From Phycisphaerales bacterium (GTDB taxonomy: Bacteria > Planctomycetota > Phycisphaerae > Phycisphaerales > UBA1924): 64,000 nt of DNA. A program made the translations under genes and the position numbers. The stretch covers positions 2,599,767 to 2,663,766 of the forward strand of contig OZ252285.1 in the NCBI GenBank assembly GCA_965250055.1. The letters run 5' to 3'. This document shows positions 17,707-26,102 of this stretch, one piece after another (the first letter of the stretch is position 1; each line of letters begins with the position of its first letter). Under the pieces are notes generated by a model. It had not been told where the DNA came from. It made no database searches and saw only the letters and a program-made list of their open reading frames with translations.

Positions 17707-18486
17707 TTAAGCCGAGGGCTCGCTCGAATCACTGGACGCTTGGTCTGTTTCGTCGGCGCTCTGGATCGGTTTGGACTCGCCGAGCTTGGGTTCGGTCCCT
17801 GCGAGGGCTCGCATGAGGTTCGCTTTGTGCTTGTAGATCACCACAAGCGCCAGCGCCAGCGCGACAATGAAGAACGGGAGCCCAAAGTTGGGGACCATCT
17901 GGTCGATGTCACCCGCAGGGGTCTCAGAAAACTGGGATTGCGATCCGACGCGGCGTTCCTGGAGCGTTTCGTACTGCTCGAACGCGTACCACGTCCAGAG
18001 CGGGAGCGTCGCGGCGGCGAGCGACGACGCGGGACCCACCATGCGCCAGAGCAACAGGACAACGATGTAGACCACGAACGCGCCAGCAGCGGGGATCGTC
18101 ATCGCGGGCATCACCCCGATCATGGATCCCATCGCGGTCGCGACGCCCTTGCCCCCTTTGAATCCGAGCCAGGGGCAGAAGATGTGTCCGAGCGGAGACG
18201 CGAACATCACGGCGAGCCAAACCCACGCGTCCGTAGCTTGGATGTCCATGCGTCCGAGTGTCCCCAGAGCAGCGCCGGCGAGGAGCGAGGGCGTGAGTCC
18301 TTTGGTGAGATCGAGCGCGAAGCAGAGGAAGAAGTAGGGACGTCCGAGGACGCGTCCGAGGTTGGTGGCGCCGATGTTCCCAGAGCCGTGCTGGCGGAGG
18401 TCGATGCCTTTGGCGCGAGCGATGAGGAATCCGAAGGGGATGGAACCCATCAGGAACGCGGCGGGGATGAGGAGATACGCGATCAT
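17707..18486 (-). CDS. plsY: Glycerol-3-phosphate acyltransferase PlsY (acyl-phosphate dependent)
   Basis: GSIPFGFLIARAKGIDLRQHGSGNIGATNLGRVLG and GKGVAT motifs. At 259 aa it is longer than typical PlsY, with an internal loop and a Ser/Asp-rich C-terminal tail. Confidence 0.9.
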   Translation of the reverse strand: MIAYLLIPAAFLMGSIPFGFLIARAKGIDLRQHGSGNIGATNLGRVLGRPYFFLCFALDLTKGLTPSLLAGAALGTLGRMDIQATDAWVWLAVMFASPLGHIFCPWLGFKGGKGVATAMGSMIGVMPAMTIPAAGAFVVYIVVLLLWRMVGPASSLAAATLPLWTWYAFEQYETLQERRVGSQSQFSETPAGDIDQMVPNFGLPFFIVALALALVVIYKHKANLMRALAGTEPKLGESKPIQSADETDQASSDSSEPSA

Positions 18487-18549
18487 TGCTCAAGCGTAGG
18501 GATCGCTTCCCGGCTTGGCACCAACTGGGCACACCCGATCAGGGACGGA

Positions 18550-18720
18550 TCAGGGACATCCCGCAGAGTACTGGCTCAGATATGCGGAAACATCGAGGAA
18601 GTTGAGCGTGCCGTCGTTTGTGAAATCGGCTACGGCGCTCATGCTGCTGTACGCAGAGATGAACATGCTCACATCAAGGAAGTTCAGCGATCCGCTCTGG
18701 TCAAGATCTGCATGGCTGCA
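18550..18720 (-). other. Dockerin-like double EF-hand module ending Cys-Pro-COOH (copy 1)
   Basis: 56 aa from the bracketing Cys to the terminal CP. Two D-x-x-x-x-G-x-L-N-F-L-D-V-S repeats. Confidence 0.8.
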
Positions 18721-19743
18721 GAACGCGGTGTTGAGGCGCGTCGCGGTGTCTTGCATGATCTCGGTGAGCTTGGGGTTGAGCAGGTCGTTGTTCCAGACTT
18801 CCATGTAGCGGACGCCAGAATCGATCGCGAGGTCGATCTCGCCTTGATATCCATCATCGCTGAAGCGTTCGGGGGTGTTGGTGTAGCTGTTGGCGACTTG
18901 GACCTCGGAATGGCTCTGTTTCGATGCGTCCTGGAGGATCTCGAACATGCCGGGATAGACATCAGTCGCGTTGTGGACCATCCACCACGCCGCGAGCACA
19001 CCGACTCGTCTGCCGTGCATTGCACGCGCATGGTTGTAGACCTCGATCGCAACCGCGTCGCTCCCGAGCACGGGGTGGACCTCGTGGGCGAGCGCGTGGT
19101 TCGGGAACGCTTGAACGAACGCGTCGATCGCGTTCTTCCACGAGTCGGCGTAGAGGGAATCGGTGTATCCGATGTTCATCCAGTTGATCGTGTCTGTCGG
19201 GGAGCGCGGGAGCTGCATCTCAAAGCCGTTAGAGCTGGAGTTGGTGATGTAGACGAGGGAGATGGTGTCCTCGTTTGCGTAGCGAGCGCCGAGCTGCTGG
19301 ACGAACTGAGACCATCGGCTCTGAAAGATGGTGTCCCAAGGAACGGGCATCTGTTCTGCTGAGTCATGGAACTGGTAGCTGAACATCTGGACTCCGAGCG
19401 ATTGGAGCCAGCTGGGTGCGACGAGTCCGTTGACCACAGCGAGTGAGACTTTGATGTCGTAGCTCTGCGCCGCTTGGATTTGTCCGTCGATGAGAGACCA
19501 GTCGTATACGCCTGGGCTGGTCTCGATATCTTCCCACGCGACGCGGACGAGCACGCCGTCTACGTGCTCAAGCTCTGCGATTGTGGGGACGACCGAGACC
19601 GATCCAGTGCTGGTGGTCGGAGGACAGCTGCAGTACAGCCCCATCGGTGTTTCATACCCGCCAGCGAGGGCTGGGAGCGTGGACAGAGCGATAACGATTG
19701 ATGATGAGAGACCCTTCATGGTTGTGCAACGACGATGGAGCAT
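18550..19743 (-). CDS. Secreted glycoside-hydrolase-like (TIM-barrel) protein with C-terminal Cys-bracketed double dockerin-like module
   Basis: Signal peptide. VLVRVAWEDIETSPGVYDWSLIDGQI and NGFEMQLP resemble GH42/GH5-type barrels, a weak by-eye call. The tail is CSHADLDQSGSLNFLDVSMFISAYSSMSAVADFTNDGTLNFLDVSAYLSQYSAGCP*. Confidence 0.8.
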   Translation of the reverse strand: MLHRRCTTMKGLSSSIVIALSTLPALAGGYETPMGLYCSCPPTTSTGSVSVVPTIAELEHVDGVLVRVAWEDIETSPGVYDWSLIDGQIQAAQSYDIKVSLAVVNGLVAPSWLQSLGVQMFSYQFHDSAEQMPVPWDTIFQSRWSQFVQQLGARYANEDTISLVYITNSSSNGFEMQLPRSPTDTINWMNIGYTDSLYADSWKNAIDAFVQAFPNHALAHEVHPVLGSDAVAIEVYNHARAMHGRRVGVLAAWWMVHNATDVYPGMFEILQDASKQSHSEVQVANSYTNTPERFSDDGYQGEIDLAIDSGVRYMEVWNNDLLNPKLTEIMQDTATRLNTAFCSHADLDQSGSLNFLDVSMFISAYSSMSAVADFTNDGTLNFLDVSAYLSQYSAGCP

Positions 19744-19756
19744 GGGTATTGCCGCT

Positions 19757-19843
19757 TTACGGGCACCCTGATGAATATTGACTCAGGTACTCGGAGATGT
19801 CGAGGAAGTTGAGTCGGCCGTCGTTGTTGATGTCCGCGATGCA
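19757..19843 (-). other. Half-size (single-repeat) dockerin-like module ending Cys-Pro-COOH (copy 2)
   Basis: 28 aa from Cys to CP with only one EF-hand-like loop. Confidence 0.8.
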
Positions 19844-21037
19844 GTCCGGCGCTTGTGAACCTCGCACGGCGAGGGTGACGGCGTCGCTGAGTTGTTGATC
19901 GCCTTTGGTCGTCATGACGCTGCACGCGTAGGAGTCCGTGTCGCTGAGCATCGCGTTGTCGATGATGAGTTTATTGGTTGTTGTGCCGCTGATGCGTCCG
20001 TCGTCTATGAGTGGGTTCCCATTGCGGAACCACTGGAAAGTGGAAAGGGGATCGGAGGGTGCGAGTTCGAGCACTCCTGCTGTTCCCGCGTCAACGAGCG
20101 TTCCGGTGGGTTGCTGGATGATGGGGTCTACATCGAAGTTGATCGAGATGCCCATCGTGACCGCGTTCTCAAGCACGAGTGTGATCTGGTTGGTGGTCGT
20201 GTTAAGGAATGTGAGGGTGGGGTCCATGAATAATCCAGTTGATGAAGAGGCGGCGACCTGATCACCAACAACCGCGACATCTTGGAACAGCGGCACCAAG
20301 CCGAGGAAGAAGTCTTCTGTACCGAGCAAGAGTTCTCCGCCTGCGAGAGGGGTGGTGTGCGAGACTCGGTAGACTGCGGAAGCGGATCCCGTCAATCCGC
20401 CGGCTTCATTGATCTCGGTCCAGTAGACATCACCCGAAACGGGATCGATCCCGACGCCATACTGACTACCACCTGACATCTCGTGTGGGATGCTGGTTGG
20501 CGCGGGTGACGATGCGCCGCTGAGGTTCCCCATCAGGAGATCACCTGATGAAGTGACGACGTAGAACCCACGATCAGTATCGATGTCCAAATCGAAGGGC
20601 TCCGGCACGTTGTCGGCTTCGAGGATCGGGGTCCCGGTGCCGTCGGAGTTGACGCTCAGGATCTCGTCGTTCTCCCACCAGTAGATGCGTCCTGTATCGG
20701 GATCAACATGGACCTTCTTCGCGTTCTCGTCGAGTCCGCTGACTAGGACTGTCATTGATCCTGGATCTAGTGAGGGGTTGATCGAGATCAAACGTGCGGA
20801 TCCGGTCTCCTTTGCGATAAGCACCACACGCTCGCGTGGTCGATCAAAGTCTGAGCCGAAGAATCCTTGGAAGTCTGGCGCGTCGATGGTGTAGAGGGTG
20901 ATGCTGCCGTCGATGCTCTGTGAGAAGAAGAAGTCTGGGAAGACATCTTGACCGAAGATATGCGTGATCTCATATGGCTGGGCGTTCGCGATCGAGGTGG
21001 TAAAGAGCACAAACAGGGCAAATACACGGCGAATCAT
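19757..21037 (-). CDS. Secreted YWTD-type beta-propeller + Ig (I-set-like) protein with a single dockerin-like repeat
   Basis: Start chosen at MIRRVFALFVLFTTSIANA (SD GGAAGAGA). YWTD-like blades (GRIYWWEN, GDVYWTEI). Ig-like block (FQWFRNG...SDTDSYACSV...). The tail is CIADINNDGRLNFLDISEYLSQYSSGCP*. A 13-bp gap separates it from the next gene. Confidence 0.8.
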   Translation of the reverse strand: MIRRVFALFVLFTTSIANAQPYEITHIFGQDVFPDFFFSQSIDGSITLYTIDAPDFQGFFGSDFDRPRERVVLIAKETGSARLISINPSLDPGSMTVLVSGLDENAKKVHVDPDTGRIYWWENDEILSVNSDGTGTPILEADNVPEPFDLDIDTDRGFYVVTSSGDLLMGNLSGASSPAPTSIPHEMSGGSQYGVGIDPVSGDVYWTEINEAGGLTGSASAVYRVSHTTPLAGGELLLGTEDFFLGLVPLFQDVAVVGDQVAASSSTGLFMDPTLTFLNTTTNQITLVLENAVTMGISINFDVDPIIQQPTGTLVDAGTAGVLELAPSDPLSTFQWFRNGNPLIDDGRISGTTTNKLIIDNAMLSDTDSYACSVMTTKGDQQLSDAVTLAVRGSQAPDCIADINNDGRLNFLDISEYLSQYSSGCP

Positions 21038-21154
21038 CTCGTCTCTTCCATTCTGATACGGACCAATCTCAGTATACAGAAAGCCCCACGAATCACGAGG
21101 GATAACCTGATAGATCACAGGCAATTCGACGCGGACAGATGAGTTGGGTATGGA

Positions 21155-21826
21155 TTAGCGGACGAAGCGCTGTGTGAGCACATCGAGGATGTTCCCGAAC
21201 ACGCTATCGGGTTTCCCAGCGGCGTCAACGCGGAGGTAGCGCTGCTGATCTGGATCAGACGCGATCAGGTCCTGGTATCCCTGGCGGACCTTCGCGTGGA
21301 ACGCGGCGCCCTTCGCTTCCATGCGATCGAGGAGCGGATTGAGGCGCGACGCAGCGGTGTCTTGATCGACATCGAAGATCAGGGTCGCGTCGGGGTGCGT
21401 GTCTTGCATCGCGATTTTGGCGGCAGCGTCGATCTCAGCGGTGGGGATGCCGCCGGCGGTGCCTTGATACGCGTAGGTGGAGGAAACGAAGCGGTCGGCG
21501 ATGACGAGCTTGCCTTGCGTGAGCGCCGGCGCGATGACCTGCTCGCAGAGCTGGGCGCGGGACGCCATGTAGAGGAGCATCTCGCAGCGGAGGGACATGG
21601 TCTCGCGGTCGAGGTGGTCGAGGAGCGCGTCGCGGATCTTCTCGCCGACTTCTGTTCCGCCTGGTTCACGGACTTCGGTGACCTCGATCCCGGCGCCTCG
21701 GACGGCTTTGAGGAACATCGCGAGTTGGGTGGACTTTCCAGAGCCGTCGGGACCATCGAAGACGAGGAACTTGCCTCGGAGGGCGCTGACAAGGGCTTCC
21801 GGGAGTTCGTGTGGTGGGGTGGTCAT
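21155..21826 (-). CDS. tmk: dTMP (thymidylate) kinase
   Basis: FLVFDGPDGSGKSTQ P-loop, DRF motif (ADRFVSSTYAYQG) and lid region. Start taken at MTTPPHEL; the upstream part of the track ORF overlaps the preceding gene. Confidence 0.9.
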   Translation of the reverse strand: MTTPPHELPEALVSALRGKFLVFDGPDGSGKSTQLAMFLKAVRGAGIEVTEVREPGGTEVGEKIRDALLDHLDRETMSLRCEMLLYMASRAQLCEQVIAPALTQGKLVIADRFVSSTYAYQGTAGGIPTAEIDAAAKIAMQDTHPDATLIFDVDQDTAASRLNPLLDRMEAKGAAFHAKVRQGYQDLIASDPDQQRYLRVDAAGKPDSVFGNILDVLTQRFVR

Positions 21827-21858
21827 GACTTCAACGGCTTGGAAGGTGGTTTGTACGC

Positions 21859-24525
21859 TCACGGCTGTGAGTGTAGCGTGTTTTGTGCTTGGATGAGGCG
21901 CGATCGGAAGGGTTCTGGGCCGAGTTTTGGATTCATGAGTTTGAGACGCGTGAGGTGTGCTCGCGCGTTGTCTTGGTCGCTCTCGTTTCCTGATGTGATG
22001 GTGGTTTCGATGATGAGAGTCCACGCGTGCCAGAAGTGTTTGGAGTCGTTGTTGTTGAGAGCGCTTGCGAGTTGTGTGAGTCGCTGGAGCGCCACGTCAG
22101 GTTGACCAGCACCAATGAGGGCGCGTGCGTAGAGCAGCTCGAGCTCGGGATCGGACGCATCGACCGAGTTGTGCACAAGACGAGCGAGACGCGTCATCGC
22201 CGAGGAGGGGTTAGTGTCAATCTCCAGCGCCGCGGCGGTGCGGTGCCAGTGAGTCGAGAGGGGCGAGCGGAGCGCATCGAGAACGCTCGCGGTGTCGATC
22301 GCGTGCTGGAGGGGGTTCGCTTGACGCTTGGTCAGTGCGTTGTTGTGGAGGATCTGAGCGCCGAGGTCCGATTCACGCGTCGCAGGGGTGAGCGAGCGGA
22401 TGAGGGACTCTTGTTCCTGTCCAGCCGTGAGTTTGATGAGCTGGAGCTTCCAGAGGTCGATCTCGATACGATCGGGGTAGGTGTTGATCGCTTGGCGCAG
22501 CAGCGGGGTGATGAGCGGGGATTTGGATGCGGACGCCGTGTCGATCGCTCCGGCGAGCGCGTCGGCGGCTCCGGGATGCGACGGGAAACGATCAGCGAGC
22601 TTGGACGCGGCTTCGATCAGGACCTTCCCGGCGTCGCGCGTGTTGAGCGCTCGAGCGCCGAGGCACGCGAGCCACAGGGAATCCTCGGCGAGGTCTTGGT
22701 CATCGGCGCGGGAGATTGTCAGGAGTGTGTTGATCGCTTCTTGTCGAGCATTGGGATCAGAGCTTGTGAGCCGAGCGCGAGCGTCGATGAAGCGGACGAT
22801 CGCTGGGAGGAGGTTGGTCTTGCTCTGTGAGGTTGGATCGGCGCGGAGCTCATCAACGAGGGCCGCGATCGAGCGGTCAACCAGCGGCTCAAGCTCGGGG
22901 ATCAACGCGCGGAGTCTCAGGAGCGGATCAAACGCGATGAGCGGATCGGTATGCAAGAGTGACCACGACCGCGTCTGTGCCGCGAGGAGTGTCCACGCGG
23001 GATCGGTTGTGAATGGCGGGGTATCAAGCAGCTGCGAATCGGGTTCTTGATGCATCGCGATCGCGAGCACGGCACTCGCCGCCGTGAGATCGGTAACTCC
23101 AAGCTGGGCGCGTTCACTGAGCAGCGCTCGAAGCGAATCGATGTTTGCAGCACTCGACGAGTCCTCAGCGAGCAGCGCCAGCAGCACACGGCGGCGCGCG
23201 TCAAGCTCCGGAGAGACGAAAACCGATTCGCTCAGGGTGCTGTGGATATTCTGAATAAGTCTTGGGTCGCTGAACTGATCGCTGCTGAGCAGCGATGCCT
23301 CGGCGATGAGCAGCGCTGCGCGAGGGTCTTGGGTGTCCGCGTCTTCGAGGAGTTGGTTGATGCGCCGGAGCGCTTCGTTTGCTTTGGACTGGTCATCGTC
23401 AATCGGGAACGCGTAGAGGGTTCGGTAGTACACGCCGGATGCTTTGAGCGCAACGATCTGGTCTTCAGCAGCACTGAGACGTGCGTCGGCGCTTGTTGGT
23501 GGTGGGGGGAGTGGTTCTGGATCAGGGTTGGCGAGCTGGTTGTAGGTGATGACCTGGTGGTCGTTGTGTCCGTCGCCGTGGAAGACACCGATGGTGCGCA
23601 TGATCCCGGTGGGGTCCTCATCGAGGAGTTGGATGGTCTTGATGACGACGGGGCGTGTTCCCGCGACAGGATCGAGCGGGTTGAGCTCGTCGAGGCGTTG
23701 GCGGACGTGCTTGAGTCCGCCGGCCCATGGCGCTTCGGTGCGCTGGATCCCGCGCGAGATGAGCAGGATCATGTCGGGGTTGAGCTCGATCGCGGCCGCG
23801 AGTCCGTCGATGGGGTTGGACTGTCCACGCGCGGGCATCGTCGCGAGCCAATCCGCGACGGCTTTCTTGTTCTCGCGCGTGGCGCGTGGGAGCTTGTTAC
23901 GCGACGTCTGCAGCTCTGGGGTTGCAAACGTCGAGTCGTCGAGCTTGCGGAACGCGATGACCTGGAACCGCTGGGTGGGGCTGAGCCGATCGATCGACTG
24001 GAGCAAGCGCTCGCGGATGTAGCTCAGCGAAGTCAGCGTCGCGCCGGAGGTGTCGATGACGTACACAATCGAGCGCGCCGCTCCGGTCGATACTCCAGCA
24101 AAGCTGATGGGAGACGGCGCGGAACTGGGTTCAGCGGAGAGCGCGGAGGATTGCTTGCTCAGCTGCTCGAGCGTCGCGGCGCTCATTGCTTGGGAGGTGA
24201 CTGGGGTCGGCGTTGAGAGTGCTTTGGCGCTGCGATCGAGCACGCTGGGCGCGGATTGCGTGACCTGCTCAGGTTCGGGAGTCTGGTTCTGAGCGGTGCT
24301 GTTCTGTGCGGGATCGTCTTGTGATTGGTCTGAGGGAGGTGATGCTGCGATCGGAGCGGAGTACTCGAGCTCAGCGAGCGGGAGCTTGGTCTTTTTCTCG
24401 TTTGTTTGCGTAAGCGTGGCGGCGCGCGAGCCGACGATGACGAGCAGAGCGATGAGGGAGGTGTGGACAGCGATCGACACGCCCGGAGGGAGGGCCCATC
24501 TCAGGATTGAAGCGTTTCGAGGCAC
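21859..24525 (-). CDS. Large membrane-anchored VWA-domain protein with helical-repeat (TPR-like) C-terminal half
   Basis: N-terminal TM (VSIAVHTSLIALLVIVG) and a Pro/Ser/Gln-rich linker. VWA-like block IVYVIDTSGATL...RFQVIAFR with an imperfect MIDAS (D-T-S-G-A). The rest is long and alpha-helical. Confidence 0.7.
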   Translation of the reverse strand: MPRNASILRWALPPGVSIAVHTSLIALLVIVGSRAATLTQTNEKKTKLPLAELEYSAPIAASPPSDQSQDDPAQNSTAQNQTPEPEQVTQSAPSVLDRSAKALSTPTPVTSQAMSAATLEQLSKQSSALSAEPSSAPSPISFAGVSTGAARSIVYVIDTSGATLTSLSYIRERLLQSIDRLSPTQRFQVIAFRKLDDSTFATPELQTSRNKLPRATRENKKAVADWLATMPARGQSNPIDGLAAAIELNPDMILLISRGIQRTEAPWAGGLKHVRQRLDELNPLDPVAGTRPVVIKTIQLLDEDPTGIMRTIGVFHGDGHNDHQVITYNQLANPDPEPLPPPPTSADARLSAAEDQIVALKASGVYYRTLYAFPIDDDQSKANEALRRINQLLEDADTQDPRAALLIAEASLLSSDQFSDPRLIQNIHSTLSESVFVSPELDARRRVLLALLAEDSSSAANIDSLRALLSERAQLGVTDLTAASAVLAIAMHQEPDSQLLDTPPFTTDPAWTLLAAQTRSWSLLHTDPLIAFDPLLRLRALIPELEPLVDRSIAALVDELRADPTSQSKTNLLPAIVRFIDARARLTSSDPNARQEAINTLLTISRADDQDLAEDSLWLACLGARALNTRDAGKVLIEAASKLADRFPSHPGAADALAGAIDTASASKSPLITPLLRQAINTYPDRIEIDLWKLQLIKLTAGQEQESLIRSLTPATRESDLGAQILHNNALTKRQANPLQHAIDTASVLDALRSPLSTHWHRTAAALEIDTNPSSAMTRLARLVHNSVDASDPELELLYARALIGAGQPDVALQRLTQLASALNNNDSKHFWHAWTLIIETTITSGNESDQDNARAHLTRLKLMNPKLGPEPFRSRLIQAQNTLHSQP

Positions 24526-24565
24526 GATCTATTCTAGTGGTTGGTCTGGTCTTGAGGCAGAGTCT

Positions 24566-25600
24566 TTATGGCGTCGGATTGCTCGGAGGTGGGGGCGTGC
24601 GATCGAATGAGGATCGGTCTGGCTGTGGCGCTTGCGTATCCTGCTTGATCTTCGCTTGCTGGCGCTCCGGAGTCCCTGAGACATACGGATCGCGCCGTCC
24701 TGGACGGAAGATCAATCGATCCATCGACAACGGTCCAGCGCCGAGCAGGAACACGCTCAGCGACATGATGATGATGGAGAACTGCCAGAGCAGTGTGGAA
24801 TACGCGGCGGGGTCCCAAGGGTCCACGGCGTGGGGGATGAATCCCAGGAACGCATCGGAAGACTGCAACGCCGCGGGACCGATGTTGGTGGTCCAGATCG
24901 CGACGAGCATCACGATGGTCAGCGACATCGCGCTCAGACGAGTCAGTAATCCTACAAGCAGGAACACTCCCGCGGCGATCTCGGTGATCGCGGTCGCCCA
25001 CGCGGCGTAGACGGGCATCTTCCCAGATCCCATCCACGAGGGCATCGTCGGGGTGATGGGCTGAGAATCCTCAGTCAGTCCAGGAGAGGTCGCGTTGTCG
25101 AGCAGCAGCGTGATCTTGTAGACGTTCTTGATGCGGACAGGATCGGGGTAGTCGGATCCCACAGCAGGCGCGGTGGACTGGACGACGTGGGTGAATGTGT
25201 ATTGCGGATTCAGGAGCGCGCGGTTCTCGGATTCACTGCCTTGGGTTTCGGGTTGGGCTGGTTGTTGTGCGGGTGGTTGGGTTTCGGGAGTCTCGGTCTC
25301 TGGAGTGGTGGTCGGCAGATCTTCTGATGAGTCCGCTGGGTCGATGTCGCTGTCGAGCAGCTCAGAATCGGGGAGTGGATTGACGGGCTCAGCAGGGAGT
25401 TCTGATTCTGGTTCAGCTGGGAGCGCTGGAGTGTCTGGGAGGAAGGTGACGCCGAGGTTGGCGAGGCGAGCGGCGTTGTCGCCTTGGGTGGTGGTGGTGC
25501 CGACGATCTTCCCGATCCCGGCCCAGAGGAAAATGATCGCGAGCGCCAAGCGGAGCAAAAAGGCGGGGAGTGTGAGGGCGATGTGGTCGCGGCAGCGCAT
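24566..25600 (-). CDS. DoxX-family membrane protein with internal Pro/Glu/Thr-rich insert
   Basis: LLRLALAIIFLWAGIGKI DoxX-type first helix, with further TMs at the C-terminal half. An ~80-aa acidic Pro-rich spacer (PAEPESELPAEPVNPLPDSE...TPETETPETQPPAQQPAQPE) splits them. Confidence 0.7.
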   Translation of the reverse strand: MRCRDHIALTLPAFLLRLALAIIFLWAGIGKIVGTTTTQGDNAARLANLGVTFLPDTPALPAEPESELPAEPVNPLPDSELLDSDIDPADSSEDLPTTTPETETPETQPPAQQPAQPETQGSESENRALLNPQYTFTHVVQSTAPAVGSDYPDPVRIKNVYKITLLLDNATSPGLTEDSQPITPTMPSWMGSGKMPVYAAWATAITEIAAGVFLLVGLLTRLSAMSLTIVMLVAIWTTNIGPAALQSSDAFLGFIPHAVDPWDPAAYSTLLWQFSIIIMSLSVFLLGAGPLSMDRLIFRPGRRDPYVSGTPERQQAKIKQDTQAPQPDRSSFDRTPPPPSNPTP

Positions 25601-25786
25601 TGGACAGGGCTCCCAAATGGGTAAGGATCAAGTCGGTCGATGAGCGCACACGGCGACAACCGTGTGTACCATCACTTTACATTGGTTCATCGGCAAGTTG
25701 TTGGGAACTTGACCTAGATTCGTGCGGTAAAGTGTACGGGATAGTGGGTTTGGGTACCTGAAACGGCTTTCATAGCCAATGAACAC

Positions 25787-25869
25787 GCGGGTGTGGCGGA
25801 ACTGGTAGACGCGCCAGATTTAGGTTCTGGTGAGCATAGCTCGTGCAGGTTCGATTCCTGTCACCCGCA
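25787..25869 (+). tRNA. tRNA-Leu (anticodon UAG), type II with long variable arm; no encoded CCA
   Basis: Manual fold: acceptor GCGGGTG/CACCCGC; anticodon stem CCAGA/TCTGG; loop TTTAGGT (U33, UAG, G37). Variable stem is GAGC-ATA-GCTC, T-arm is GCAGG-TTCGATT-CCTGT, discriminator is A. Confidence 0.93.
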
Positions 25870-25878
25870 TTGAACATA

Positions 25879-25906
25879 AAAGCCCCCGGCATGTGCTGGG
25901 GGCTTT
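25879..25906. terminator. Bidirectional hairpin shared by tRNA-Leu and the convergent giant gene
   Basis: AAAGCCCCC ... GGGGGCTTT stem. T-rich sequence follows on both strands. Confidence 0.7.
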
Positions 25907-25934
25907 GTTCTTGATTCACACTATCGCGAGCAGT

Positions 25935-26102
25935 TTACGGACAGCTTTGTCCGTAGCTCGCGAGGAACGCGGAGATGTCGAGGAAGTTGAAGTTCCCGTC
26001 GTTGTTGACGTCCGCGATGGGGTCCATGTCGCCGTAGAGACCAAGGAAGAGGGAGACGTCGAGGAAGTTGAGACCTCCGGAGAAGTCGAAGTCGGTGTCG
26101 CA
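25935..26102 (-). other. Dockerin-like double EF-hand module ending Cys-Pro-COOH (copy 3)
   Basis: 55 aa from Cys to the terminal CP. Confidence 0.85.

Noticed and set aside
17671-19362. A 563-aa plus-strand ORF spanning plsY and the glycosidase-like gene. Similar long antisense ORFs occur at 15798-17138, 43825-45372, 10733-11785, 21296-22105, 46459-47373, 49223-50161, 50516-51661, 55512-56684, 56690-57670, 58487-59557 and 60298-61524.
   Set aside because: These are typical stop-codon-poor antisense frames of high-G+C genes. Their products are Arg/Gly/Asp/His-rich low-complexity sequence without motifs, and each overlaps a gene with clear family signatures.
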